DNA of 64,000 bases from positions 62,001 to 126,000 of the IMG/VR virus record IMGVR_UViG_3300023257_000007. The stretch is one strand, 5' to 3'. The translations under genes were made by a program, and so were the position numbers. Under the pieces are notes generated by a model, which searched no databases, was not told the DNA's origin, and saw nothing but the letters and a program-made list of their open reading frames with translations. Shown piece by piece: positions 1 through 8,803 of the stretch; position 1 is the stretch's first letter, and each line of letters starts with the position of its first letter.

Positions 1-112
1 TATACCTAAGTTACCATAAAGACTGTTTTTAATTATTTTAAGAGGTGCACCTAAATTACCAATCATTCTTCCTTTATATATTATCAAAGGCGCGCCCAAA
101 TTACCCAAAACT

Positions 113-649
113 TTATTCTGCATAAAATCTACTCCTCAAAATCATTTTAGAATTATTAATATCTACTAAATCTAACGCTATACTTGACACTATTGCATAA
201 GGTTTAAATAATTTCATATTAATAAGTTTCTCATTAATTTTTTCTACAGTTTCCTCAATTAATAAATTTTCTAAATCTGCAATAATATCTATTCCAACGT
301 GTCTTAAATCTTCTACCTCATTCATTGGTATTATAATAGAAAATTGATATGTCTCTGTCATATGTTTCATATCAACTGCTCTCTGCATAGGTTCTACTTT
401 AATACCATCTAAATTTAATTTAGAAAGTATCTTTATGGATATTGGTAATGTGTTATCTATTTCAGTCACATATTTATTATAAATAGGATTTTCAATATCT
501 CTTGATATATAGGAATTTTTATTCATATCTCTCATTGCATGATATTCAGCATATATAGACATCCATTCCAAATCTTTCTCTTTTATATCTAAATTTTCAA
601 GTACTGGTTTCCATTTATTAATTGATCTTACTTTATCAATATGTTCCAT
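113..649 (-). CDS. Hypothetical protein; N-terminal KWKPVLE resembles the KW.PIL motif of T4-like capsid protein N-termini
   Basis: 178-aa ORF, AT-rich codon use, overlaps the clamp-loader stop by 1 nt (TAATG); motif resemblance only. Confidence 0.6.
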   Translation of the reverse strand: MEHIDKVRSINKWKPVLENLDIKEKDLEWMSIYAEYHAMRDMNKNSYISRDIENPIYNKYVTEIDNTLPISIKILSKLNLDGIKVEPMQRAVDMKHMTETYQFSIIIPMNEVEDLRHVGIDIIADLENLLIEETVEKINEKLINMKLFKPYAIVSSIALDLVDINNSKMILRSRFYAE

Positions 650-1626
650 TAATTATTCATTATATTTTTAAGTTCAGTAATAAAAGATACTAAATGTATT
701 TCAGGATCTAAAGTTTGATCATATTCAGCATTATACTCTTTACACAATTTAATAAATTCCTGTCCTTTTTTAATAGCCAATGTACTATCTTTCTCTAAAA
801 GATATTTAAAAAATGGTCTACCTAACAATTTAAGTAAAACATCCGTTTTATCTCTATAATTATCTAATACAAGATAATAATTCTGACCTACATTATTATC
901 ATTATCCAATATATAGTCATAAAGTTCTAAATTAGTTGAATTTTTTTGTTCTTTTAATATTTCATAATCTCCAATTATTGATACTTCCTGTAAGTCTTGA
1001 ATTGAGGATCTAAAATCTGGAAAATTACTATTGATAATATTCTCTAATATCTGATCATTAATCTCTATTTTTTCAGATTTAGCAACAGTCTTCAAAAAAC
1101 TTAATTGTGATTTTCTAATAAACTGTGATTCATCACTATTTAAAGGTTCAAAATTAATAACATTAAATCTTGATAAAATCGCCATACCTGTTTCATCTCT
1201 TTGAAATTTAGACATACTATTCGCAGTCGCAACAAATCTAACATTATCAGAATGTTCTTCAATAAAACCTCTTAACCCTTCTCTAAATTGTCTAGTTGTA
1301 CCATCAAATTCTTCTAACCACACAGTTTTCATACCTTTATTACCCAGTAAACCATATGTTGTACAGTGATCATCTATCTTTTTTCTAACTGTATCAATAC
1401 CATTTTCAAGTGAACAGTTAATTTTTAAACAATTTGTTCCTTCTGTTAATATTTTTGCGAGTGTAGTTTTACCTATACCAGCACTTCCATAAAATATCAT
1501 ATTTGTTTTAATACCATCTTTAATAAATTTTTCAATTCGTGGTAATAAAAACATTTTTATTTTACCAGATTCTTTAATTAGTGTATTGGGTCTATATTTT
1601 TCCCAAAATAATTTGTCTTTAATCAT
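649..1626 (-). CDS. Sliding-clamp loader AAA+ subunit (T4 gp44/RFC small subunit-like)
   Basis: N-terminal LFWEKYRP, Walker A GSAGIGKT, Walker B variant WLEEFD, FVATAN, ILSRF (SRC-like), FPDFR. Confidence 0.9.
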   Translation of the reverse strand: MIKDKLFWEKYRPNTLIKESGKIKMFLLPRIEKFIKDGIKTNMIFYGSAGIGKTTLAKILTEGTNCLKINCSLENGIDTVRKKIDDHCTTYGLLGNKGMKTVWLEEFDGTTRQFREGLRGFIEEHSDNVRFVATANSMSKFQRDETGMAILSRFNVINFEPLNSDESQFIRKSQLSFLKTVAKSEKIEINDQILENIINSNFPDFRSSIQDLQEVSIIGDYEILKEQKNSTNLELYDYILDNDNNVGQNYYLVLDNYRDKTDVLLKLLGRPFFKYLLEKDSTLAIKKGQEFIKLCKEYNAEYDQTLDPEIHLVSFITELKNIMNN

Positions 1627-1684
1627 AATTCATAAATTTAAAATTCTGGATATTATACTTAATAATAAAAAGTTAGTTTAAATT

Positions 1685-1713
1685 AAAAAAGCACCATATT
1701 TCATGGTGCTTTT
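1685..1713. terminator. Intrinsic terminator hairpin (bidirectional geometry)
   Basis: aaaagcacc-atatttcat-ggtgctttt inverted repeat between genes, A/T tracts on both sides. Confidence 0.7.
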
Positions 1714-1735
1714 AAGATTATTTAATATTTAATTT

Positions 1736-2365
1736 CTATGAAATAGGTCCATTTTGATTTTGTGATTGATCTGTAGGGAAATTATATTGATTTTTTTCAG
1801 GTATAAAAGTATCATTTGGAGTTACATCATCTATTTTTTCTTCTGTTTTTATTTCCCAATCTTTTTCTAAATGAAATTCTGATTCATCAACATAAATTAA
1901 ATCATCTAATAATTCATCTGATTTAATACTCATATCTTCTTCTAAGTTAACAACTTTTTCAATTTTATCAAAATTATCAAAATTTTCAAAACCACATTTA
2001 AATGCAATATATTCACAGTAATTTATATTTCTATTTAATTGATCGGCTATATATTCACTATAATCAACTGTTTTATTTAATTGTTCATCTATTTTATCTT
2101 TTTCAAGAATATTAGAAACATCATTTTTATATCCATGATCTTCTAACTCGACCCATTTTTCTAACGGAGAATCTTCTATAGAATTTAGTATTTCAATTCT
2201 TGATTCAAATTCTGTAGGTAAATAATAATTATAAATCGTAGTAGTACCTTTTTGTTGTGTTTTTGGCACAAAATTGATATAATTATTTATTATAATATCA
2301 ATTTCAGATTTACTTCTTCCTTGTCCAACTTGTATATAATGTACTAGAATTAATTCTTTCTTCAT
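1736..2365 (-). CDS. Hypothetical protein (acidic)
   Basis: 209-aa ORF; TATATA at 2386-2391 upstream. Confidence 0.7.
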   Translation of the reverse strand: MKKELILVHYIQVGQGRSKSEIDIIINNYINFVPKTQQKGTTTIYNYYLPTEFESRIEILNSIEDSPLEKWVELEDHGYKNDVSNILEKDKIDEQLNKTVDYSEYIADQLNRNINYCEYIAFKCGFENFDNFDKIEKVVNLEEDMSIKSDELLDDLIYVDESEFHLEKDWEIKTEEKIDDVTPNDTFIPEKNQYNFPTDQSQNQNGPIS

Positions 2366-2419
2366 AATAATTTTTTTATTTTAATTATATATTATGAAAA
2401 ATTGGTCCATATCGAAAAT

Positions 2420-2806
2420 TTATTCAGGCAAAGAATTTAAAGTGTTAGGAATATTATCAGATTTTAATATAATATCTGTTACTTTATTAATATATTCTTC
2501 TTGTTTTACAGATTCTAATTTTCTAAGGTATTCCTTCTCTTTTTCTTTATCTTTTAGATGTTCTTTATATTTATCCCAATTACTTTTTGTAATTTTGGAA
2601 AGCACATCTTCAGCTCTTAATATTATATTTTGTAGTCTTATTTGAGCTTTTTCAGGATTTTTAGCTAGTTTAGATAAACTATCCATTTCAAGTAGTAAAT
2701 CATCACACTCTTTTACAGTATCTTCAGAACCACCAAAAATCATGAATAGACGCTTAGCGGCGTCTATTCTATTATACATTATATTAACTCTTTTTCTAAC
2801 TGACAT
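2420..2806 (-). CDS. Hypothetical protein
   Basis: 128-aa ORF with TAATG coupling to the upstream gene. Confidence 0.7.
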   Translation of the reverse strand: MSVRKRVNIMYNRIDAAKRLFMIFGGSEDTVKECDDLLLEMDSLSKLAKNPEKAQIRLQNIILRAEDVLSKITKSNWDKYKEHLKDKEKEKEYLRKLESVKQEEYINKVTDIILKSDNIPNTLNSLPE

Positions 2807-3468
2807 TAAATCATCTTATCTATATTTTCTATTCTAATTTTACCTTTACCAACTAAACTTTCACAACTTCTACTAAAATCTGCTAAAAAATCATTATTTT
2901 CTTTAACAAATAATTTATAATCTATTTGTTTATCTTCATTAATATACTCAGTTGAAGGTAAATAATTAACATTCCAACCTTCATCTAATTTAGTAATAAG
3001 TATTTTACTTTCTGATACAAAAAAGTTTTTAATATCTTTTTCAGACAAATATTCTAAAAAATAATCTTCTGGAATATTTTTCAAATCATTAAGTTGAATA
3101 GTTGATTCTTTAATAACATAGTCTTCATAACTAAATACCTCTTTAGGTTCAGGAATCATATTAAGAGAATCTAATTCATCATATAAAGTATTAACCATAT
3201 TATTTAAAACAGGTAAACTATACATATGAATAGATGAATGTATAGTTGATTCTAATAAAAGATCACTAGTATTTTTAGTATGTTCTTTAATATAATTTTC
3301 AATTTTATCAATCAATTCTTCTTTACCTTTTAAAGTTAAATTTGAAGGTTCATTATCATATTGAATAACAATTTTTTCTTCTATTAATCTACCAATAGTT
3401 TTTCTTAATTGAGAAGGATATTTCTTAGTATATTCTTCTTTTTTATCGTAATTACTAAATTTTTTCAT
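2806..3468 (-). CDS. Hypothetical protein (MKKFSNY N-terminus)
   Basis: 220-aa ORF in a tight operon. Confidence 0.7.
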   Translation of the reverse strand: MKKFSNYDKKEEYTKKYPSQLRKTIGRLIEEKIVIQYDNEPSNLTLKGKEELIDKIENYIKEHTKNTSDLLLESTIHSSIHMYSLPVLNNMVNTLYDELDSLNMIPEPKEVFSYEDYVIKESTIQLNDLKNIPEDYFLEYLSEKDIKNFFVSESKILITKLDEGWNVNYLPSTEYINEDKQIDYKLFVKENNDFLADFSRSCESLVGKGKIRIENIDKMI

Positions 3469-3470
3469 AA

Positions 3471-3791
3471 TTATTTCTTAATTTTTTTACTTTCTACGAT
3501 TAATTCACCATCTTTCCCAACTATTGTTTCATATATTTCAACATCTTTTTCAACTTTTCTTTGAAGTCTTGTTGGATTAGATTTAATTGATTCTAATGTG
3601 AGTATCTTATTTTGAATTTCTTCTCTTTTAATTAAAACAGATAAAGAATTAACTAAATCTTCTTTTCCCTTAATTTCTCCTTCATCTATTTTCAAAGATT
3701 GTTCTATTATATCATAAACATCATACCTAACTTTATCATTTCCTGTATATGGATTATTATTTTCATTTAAAGAATTACTAAAAGTTTTCAT
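3471..3791 (-). CDS. Hypothetical protein (MKTFSNSLNE N-terminus)
   Basis: 106-aa ORF; TATATA at 3813-3818 upstream. Confidence 0.7.
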   Translation of the reverse strand: MKTFSNSLNENNNPYTGNDKVRYDVYDIIEQSLKIDEGEIKGKEDLVNSLSVLIKREEIQNKILTLESIKSNPTRLQRKVEKDVEIYETIVGKDGELIVESKKIKK

Positions 3792-3935
3792 AGTTCTATT
3801 TTAATTTATTTGTATATATAAATTTTTAAAACTCATTCAAGAATCAAAATTTTTCATTTTTTTATTCTGAAAATTTTGATATATTTATATCAAATTACAA
3901 AACAAAAAATATTACATATATAAACTAAATAAACA

Positions 3936-6092
3936 ATGGAAGAAAATACAGAAAATACAAATCAACCAAAATACCCTTGGTTAGCAAAATTTGCAATAAA
4001 TTTAAATGATTATGCATCTAAAGGTAAATTAAAACCAGTAATAGGTAGAGACGAAGAAATTCGTAGAATATTACAAATACTTTCCAGAAAAACTAAAAAT
4101 AATCCAATAGTTATAGGTGAATCAGGTGTTGGAAAAACATCTGTTGTTGAAGCATTAGCCCAAAGAATAGTTGATGGTGATGTACCTGAAAATCTTAAAG
4201 ATAAAGTAATAGCATCTTTAGATTTAGCTACATTAGTTGCTGGTGCAAAATATAAAGGTGAATTCGAAGAAAGAATACAAACCATTGTAAAAGAAATAAT
4301 TGAATCTAATGGTCAAATTATACTTTTTATTGATGAAATTCACACATTAGTTGGTACAGGTGGTGGAAATGGTGCAATGGATGCTGCAGGTATTTTAAAA
4401 CCTATATTATCAAGAGGTGAAATTAGAGCAATTGGTGCAACAACTATTGATGAATATAAAAAATCAATTGAGCAAGATAGAGCATTAGATAGAAGATTTC
4501 AAACAGTTATGATTGATGAGCCTGATAAATTTCAATCAATTTCAATTTTAAGAGGTATTAAAGATAGTTTTGAAAAACATCATGATGTTAGAATAGTAGA
4601 TAGTGCTATTATAAGTGCTGTAGAATTATCAATAAGATATGTATCTGATAGATTTTTACCAGATAAGGCTATTGATTTATTAGATGAAGCTTGTTCTAAA
4701 TTAAGATTAGAAATAAATTCTGTACCAGGTGAAATTGATGAAATATCTAGAAGAATTCAACAATTAGAAATTGAAAGAGAAGGTTTAAGAATGGAAGGAA
4801 ACAATAAAAAAGTTTCAAAAATTACATCTGAAATAGATTCATTAACTGAAAGCTTAAAAACTTTTAATTTACAATGGAACAAAGAAATAGAACTTGTTGA
4901 TAATATTAAAATATTAAAAAAAGATTTAGCTGGATATAATAATGATATCGAAAAATTTAGAAATGAAGCATATTACGAACATGTAGCAAAATTACAATAT
5001 GGTATAATACCAAAAGTAGAACTAGAAATAAAAGAACTAGAAGATAAACTTAAAGAAATACAAAAAGGTGTCCAACTTGTTGATGAAGAAGTTGATGGTG
5101 AAGATATAGCAGAAATTGTAGCAAAATGGACTGGTATACCAGTTTCAAAAATGTTAAAATCTGAAAAAATAAAATTAGTAAATCTTGAAGATGAATTACA
5201 TAAAAGAATTATTGGCCAAAATGAAGCTGTAACAGAATTATCAAACGCAGTAAGAAGAAGTAGATCCGGATTACAAGATACAAAAAAACCAATTGGTTCT
5301 TTTATTTTCTTAGGAACCACCGGAGTTGGTAAAACAGAAACAGCAAAAGCACTAGCTGAATATTTGTTTGATGATGAAAATGCAATGGTAAGAATTGATA
5401 TGAGTGAATATATGGAAAGACATGCCGTAGCTAAATTAATCGGTCCCCCTCCAGGTTATATTGGTTATGAAGAAGGTGGTCAATTAACAGACCAGGTAAG
5501 AAGAAAACCTTATTCAGTAATTTTATTTGATGAAATTGAAAAAGCTCACCCTGATACATTTAATACCTTATTACAAGTATTAGATGATGGTAGATTAACT
5601 GATAATAAAGGTAGAACTGTTGATTTTAAGAACACTATTATTATTATGACTTCTAATATTGGTTCTCATATTATTAGAGAAAATTTTGAAAAATTAACTG
5701 ATGAAAATAGAGAAGAAGTTATTAAAAAAACCAATGATGAAGTAATGGAAGTTTTAAAAAATACTGTAAGACCAGAATTTTTAAATAGAATTGATGAAAT
5801 TGTGACATTTCAACCATTAACAAGAGAAGAAATTAAAAAAATTGTAGTATTACAATTTAACTCAATCAAGAAAAGATTACCAGACGTTGAATTAGAATTA
5901 ACAGAAAAAGCTCTTGATTATTTAACATTAAAATCATATGATCCTCAATTTGGAGCTAGACCAGTTAAGAGAACATTACAAGATACAATTTTAGATGATT
6001 TATCAATGTCAATTTTAAAAGATGAAGTTAAAAAAGATGATGCTATTTTAATTGACTATGATGGTGAGAAAATAACATTTGACAATAAATAG
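3936..6092 (+). CDS. clpB: ClpB AAA+ disaggregase lacking the N-terminal Clp-repeat domain
   Basis: PVIGRDEEIRR, GESGVGKT, FIDEIH, GATT, ALDRRFQ, FLPDKAIDLLDEA, middle coiled-coil, GTTGVGKTE, RIDMSEY, FDEIEKAHP, GRLTD, FGARP. Confidence 0.96.
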   Translation: MEENTENTNQPKYPWLAKFAINLNDYASKGKLKPVIGRDEEIRRILQILSRKTKNNPIVIGESGVGKTSVVEALAQRIVDGDVPENLKDKVIASLDLATLVAGAKYKGEFEERIQTIVKEIIESNGQIILFIDEIHTLVGTGGGNGAMDAAGILKPILSRGEIRAIGATTIDEYKKSIEQDRALDRRFQTVMIDEPDKFQSISILRGIKDSFEKHHDVRIVDSAIISAVELSIRYVSDRFLPDKAIDLLDEACSKLRLEINSVPGEIDEISRRIQQLEIEREGLRMEGNNKKVSKITSEIDSLTESLKTFNLQWNKEIELVDNIKILKKDLAGYNNDIEKFRNEAYYEHVAKLQYGIIPKVELEIKELEDKLKEIQKGVQLVDEEVDGEDIAEIVAKWTGIPVSKMLKSEKIKLVNLEDELHKRIIGQNEAVTELSNAVRRSRSGLQDTKKPIGSFIFLGTTGVGKTETAKALAEYLFDDENAMVRIDMSEYMERHAVAKLIGPPPGYIGYEEGGQLTDQVRRKPYSVILFDEIEKAHPDTFNTLLQVLDDGRLTDNKGRTVDFKNTIIIMTSNIGSHIIRENFEKLTDENREEVIKKTNDEVMEVLKNTVRPEFLNRIDEIVTFQPLTREEIKKIVVLQFNSIKKRLPDVELELTEKALDYLTLKSYDPQFGARPVKRTLQDTILDDLSMSILKDEVKKDDAILIDYDGEKITFDNK

Positions 6093-6151
6093 TAGTTTAT
6101 ATATTTGTAGAGAAATTAATTTTTTGGATGGCTTTTTTAATATATACAGAT

Positions 6152-6790
6152 ATGAAATATTTAAAAAAATATGAATCTTGGCAGAGTATGGTTGGCACTA
6201 AGTTAAATGTCGGTCTTAAAAAGCATGTAGGTTTATATGATAAAGATCCAGAAACAGTAAAAGAATATTTTACAGAATTAAAAAATGATGAAAATTATAA
6301 AATACTAGACAAGAAGAGTAAAAATGAATATTTAGAACAATATATGAAATACTTTTTGAGACATTTTAAAGAAAATTCTGAATATTCTGAATTAATAAAA
6401 GATGAAGTGTTTAAAGATATCTATCCTTCAATAATACGTAATGAAGTTGGTTACAATTACAAAAATCTAGATGAAGAAACATTGAAATACTTTATAGGAT
6501 TTTCTGGTAAGAAAAATAAAGGTATGTACTATTCACTAGAAAAATTAGCAAAAATTTTAAATACAAATCAATATAATGATGAAAGACAAAATTTTTTCAT
6601 AGAACTGTATATAGATCAGTTAGTCTTATTTAAAAATGCAAATAAAAGTAAAGATTTATCTAGAATTATATACTCAAAAATATTTCAATTATTTACAGCA
6701 GGTAAAACAGGAAAAAACATGATTAAAATCACAGAAATGTTAGAAAAAAAAAGGAATTCTTACGAAAGAAATATCAAATTATGTTTTTAA
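6152..6790 (+). CDS. Hypothetical protein (MKYLKKYESW N-terminus)
   Basis: Start moved from the track's 6128 to the ATG at 6152, just after TATATA (6141-6146). Confidence 0.7.
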   Translation: MKYLKKYESWQSMVGTKLNVGLKKHVGLYDKDPETVKEYFTELKNDENYKILDKKSKNEYLEQYMKYFLRHFKENSEYSELIKDEVFKDIYPSIIRNEVGYNYKNLDEETLKYFIGFSGKKNKGMYYSLEKLAKILNTNQYNDERQNFFIELYIDQLVLFKNANKSKDLSRIIYSKIFQLFTAGKTGKNMIKITEMLEKKRNSYERNIKLCF

Positions 6791-6803
6791 TTTAAATGGT
6801 AAT

Positions 6804-7178
6804 TTGCGTTCAGATCCATTAGGAATAACAGATTTTATCACGAGACCTGAATTTCTATCAAAGTTATCTGAATATTATGATGGTGATATAAATAATATCA
6901 TAACTAAAAATATCTTACAAAGAATCGGTTTTTATAATGCTAGTTTAAACTTCTCAAAAGGCACTTCATATGCTACTACAGGTCCTAATTACTATGATGT
7001 AGAAAAACTCGTTTCTGGTTTTTTGAAACAACCAGATTTTTCTCTAGAAGATTATATTGAAAAATTCATTGATGCTGACGAAGATAGATGGCGAAGTATA
7101 AGGAAAACGTATAAAACAGATAAATTAAAAGAAAAATATAAATACTTTAGCGAAGCTGGTAAACTCGGATTATTTTAA
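6804..7178 (+). CDS. Hypothetical protein with C-terminal EAGKLGLF motif
   Basis: 124-aa ORF with TTG start; C-terminus resembles those of the 22531 and 23226 ORFs. Confidence 0.65.
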   Translation: MRSDPLGITDFITRPEFLSKLSEYYDGDINNIITKNILQRIGFYNASLNFSKGTSYATTGPNYYDVEKLVSGFLKQPDFSLEDYIEKFIDADEDRWRSIRKTYKTDKLKEKYKYFSEAGKLGLF

Positions 7179-7909
7179 GTATTTATATTATCAAGAAGTT
7201 CCTTTAAATATTTTTTCTTATTCGATTTATATTCTTCTTCAATTATTCTAATTAATTTAATATTATTATCTAGACAATATTCATCTAACAATTTATCTAG
7301 ATGAACAACCTTTTCATATTTTTCTGGTGTGCCTAATTTTTCATATAATTCTTTTGATCTATGCCAAATACCATCATATTCAATAAATAATTTCCTGTCA
7401 GAAAAAGTTATATCAACAGATTTACTATCAATTTTATTAAATGTTATTATCCTATGTGATTTAACATTATGTTCACCATATATTTTTTTGAGATACTTTC
7501 TTATTTCACGTTCACCCTTCGAAGAACATCTACTATTATTTGGTCCTCTTAAATTTTGAATACATTTTTCTCTATATTCTAAATCATTATTTAATTTATA
7601 AATAATTGATTTACTTATTTTATCTTTAGTTTCTTTACTATGTTCTCTCGTATTTGCACATGATCGACTACAAAAATATTTTTCTTTAATTGGAAATTTT
7701 TTAGATGGTTCTTTTACATTAAATTTAACACCACAATTATTACATATTACTTCATAATCAGTTACAACTCCTTGCTCATTTATCATTCTTTTGTGTCTGG
7801 CTTTAATAAGATTATCCTTTGAAGGTTTTTTATGTTTCCATCTTATGTGATTGGCTTTAATTTTAGCATTATCAAATTCTTCATCACAATATTCACAAGT
7901 ATATTTCAT
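7175..7909 (-). CDS. Free-standing putative homing endonuclease: C2H2-like and CxxC zinc fingers plus Vsr/DUF559-like PD-(D/E)xK domain
   Basis: CEYC..HIRWKH, CNNCG..YFCSRSC, SSKGEREI, VDITF..LFIEYDGIWH, IKLIRI; own TATATA at 7929-7934. Confidence 0.8.
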   Translation of the reverse strand: MKYTCEYCDEEFDNAKIKANHIRWKHKKPSKDNLIKARHKRMINEQGVVTDYEVICNNCGVKFNVKEPSKKFPIKEKYFCSRSCANTREHSKETKDKISKSIIYKLNNDLEYREKCIQNLRGPNNSRCSSKGEREIRKYLKKIYGEHNVKSHRIITFNKIDSKSVDITFSDRKLFIEYDGIWHRSKELYEKLGTPEKYEKVVHLDKLLDEYCLDNNIKLIRIIEEEYKSNKKKYLKELLDNINT

Positions 7910-7980
7910 TTTTCATATTATTTTTAACTATATATTAAAACTACGAGGTTCAATTCAATACTATTCCAAATACATAAAAC

Positions 7981-8007
7981 AAAAAAGCCACATAATGTGG
8001 CTTTTTT
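7981..8007 (-). terminator. Intrinsic terminator immediately after tmRNA
   Basis: aaaaaagccacat/atgtggctttttt inverted repeat, a few nt from the tmRNA 3' end. Confidence 0.8.
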
Positions 8008-8028
8008 TAGTGGAGCATTCGGGATTCG

Positions 8029-8245
8029 CTTTTTTATCCAAAAATTTCTTAATGGCGTGGACTATATCATCAACCTAATTAGGTTGCCGGGCGCTCTAGG
8101 ATGTATGTCATCTAGTCTCTGAACCTTCCATTTCTAAATTAATAGCTTGGCTGCTGATTGCCGTATCTTTTTTTAAAAGACTTAGGGTTCCAGCAATTCA
8201 CCCAGTTTTTTCATTATATGTTACCATATAAGGGGTCCGAATTTA
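8029..8245 (-). mobile_element. Group I intron (217 nt, no ORF; P7.1 hairpin suggests subgroup IA) inserted in the tmRNA T-loop
   Basis: P AATTGCTGGAA (8188-8198), Q AATCAGCAG (8151-8159), R GTTCAGAGACTA (8113-8124), S GATATAGTCC (8059-8068); P1 GGGUU|..GACCC with U:G at the 5' splice site; P10 AUUCG/CGAAU; P3 CUGGGUG/CGCCCGG; terminal G at 8029. Confidence 0.93.
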
Positions 8246-8404
8246 AACCCGAGTTCACAACAAGTTCCAGTTCGCTTTCTACAGATATATTTTATTTTTT
8301 CACAAACAAACAAAATATTCAATCTTTTTTATTTCAGGAAAATTGAAAAATCCCTATTCTATTTTATTTAAATACGATTAGACGTGTCGTACTTGTTGAT
8401 TTGT

Positions 8405-8491
8405 CTAGGCAACCACTTCCAGAGCAGATTCAACAACTGCTTCTTGTGAAGTTACAATATCAAAGATATCATCGGCTATTTCTATATTGCC
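8405..8491 (-). other. tmRNA tag reading frame (A)GNIEIADDIFDIVTSQEAVVESALEVVA*
   Basis: Resume codon GGC after TTAAAT; 28 codons to TAG; hydrophobic/Ala C-terminus. Confidence 0.8.
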
Positions 8492-8594
8492 ATTTAAAAT
8501 TGTTTATCTCCGTATTTTACTTGAACTGAGATTTGACAAGATCTGCTTACTAACCTTCATCGAGAGTGTCTAAAGCCTGTATGCCCCATATTTT

Positions 8595-8747
8595 TTAAGA
8601 ACGTTGTCTACCTTGACCTCTACCTACACCTCTACCATTTCTTTGTCCATTATTAGAATTATTTTCTTCTGATGGTTTACATTTACCTAAACCTCTTCCT
8701 GTTCTAGGTCCGTTTTCATTTGGGCCTTTTCCATTTTGATTTGCCAT
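8595..8747 (-). CDS. Small Gly/Arg-rich protein, DUF5320-like (not in ORF track)
   Basis: 50 aa MANQNGKGPNENGPRTGRGLGKC...GRGVGRGQGRQRS, matching the GxGPxTGRGxGxC signature; TATATA at 8764-8769. Confidence 0.75.
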   Translation of the reverse strand: MANQNGKGPNENGPRTGRGLGKCKPSEENNSNNGQRNGRGVGRGQGRQRS

Positions 8748-8803
8748 ATTTACTTTTTTATTTTATATATTATTCTATTTATACTGAATTTTTCTAAAAA
8801 AGT

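Larger units (their letters stand above)
8011..8587 (-). ncRNA. ssrA: tmRNA, intron-containing (exons 8587-8246 and 8028-8011; about 360 nt spliced)
   Basis: 5' GGGGCATACAGGCTTTAGAC; acceptor stem GGGGCAT/ATGCTCC with G3:U70 Ala determinant and A discriminator; spliced T-arm TCGGG-TTCGAAT-CCCGA; internal tag ORF; CCA not encoded. Confidence 0.93.

Noticed and set aside
7851-8346. Plus-strand ORFs 7851-8078 and 8158-8346
   Set aside because: They lie antisense to the tmRNA and intron, whose structure explains the sequence.
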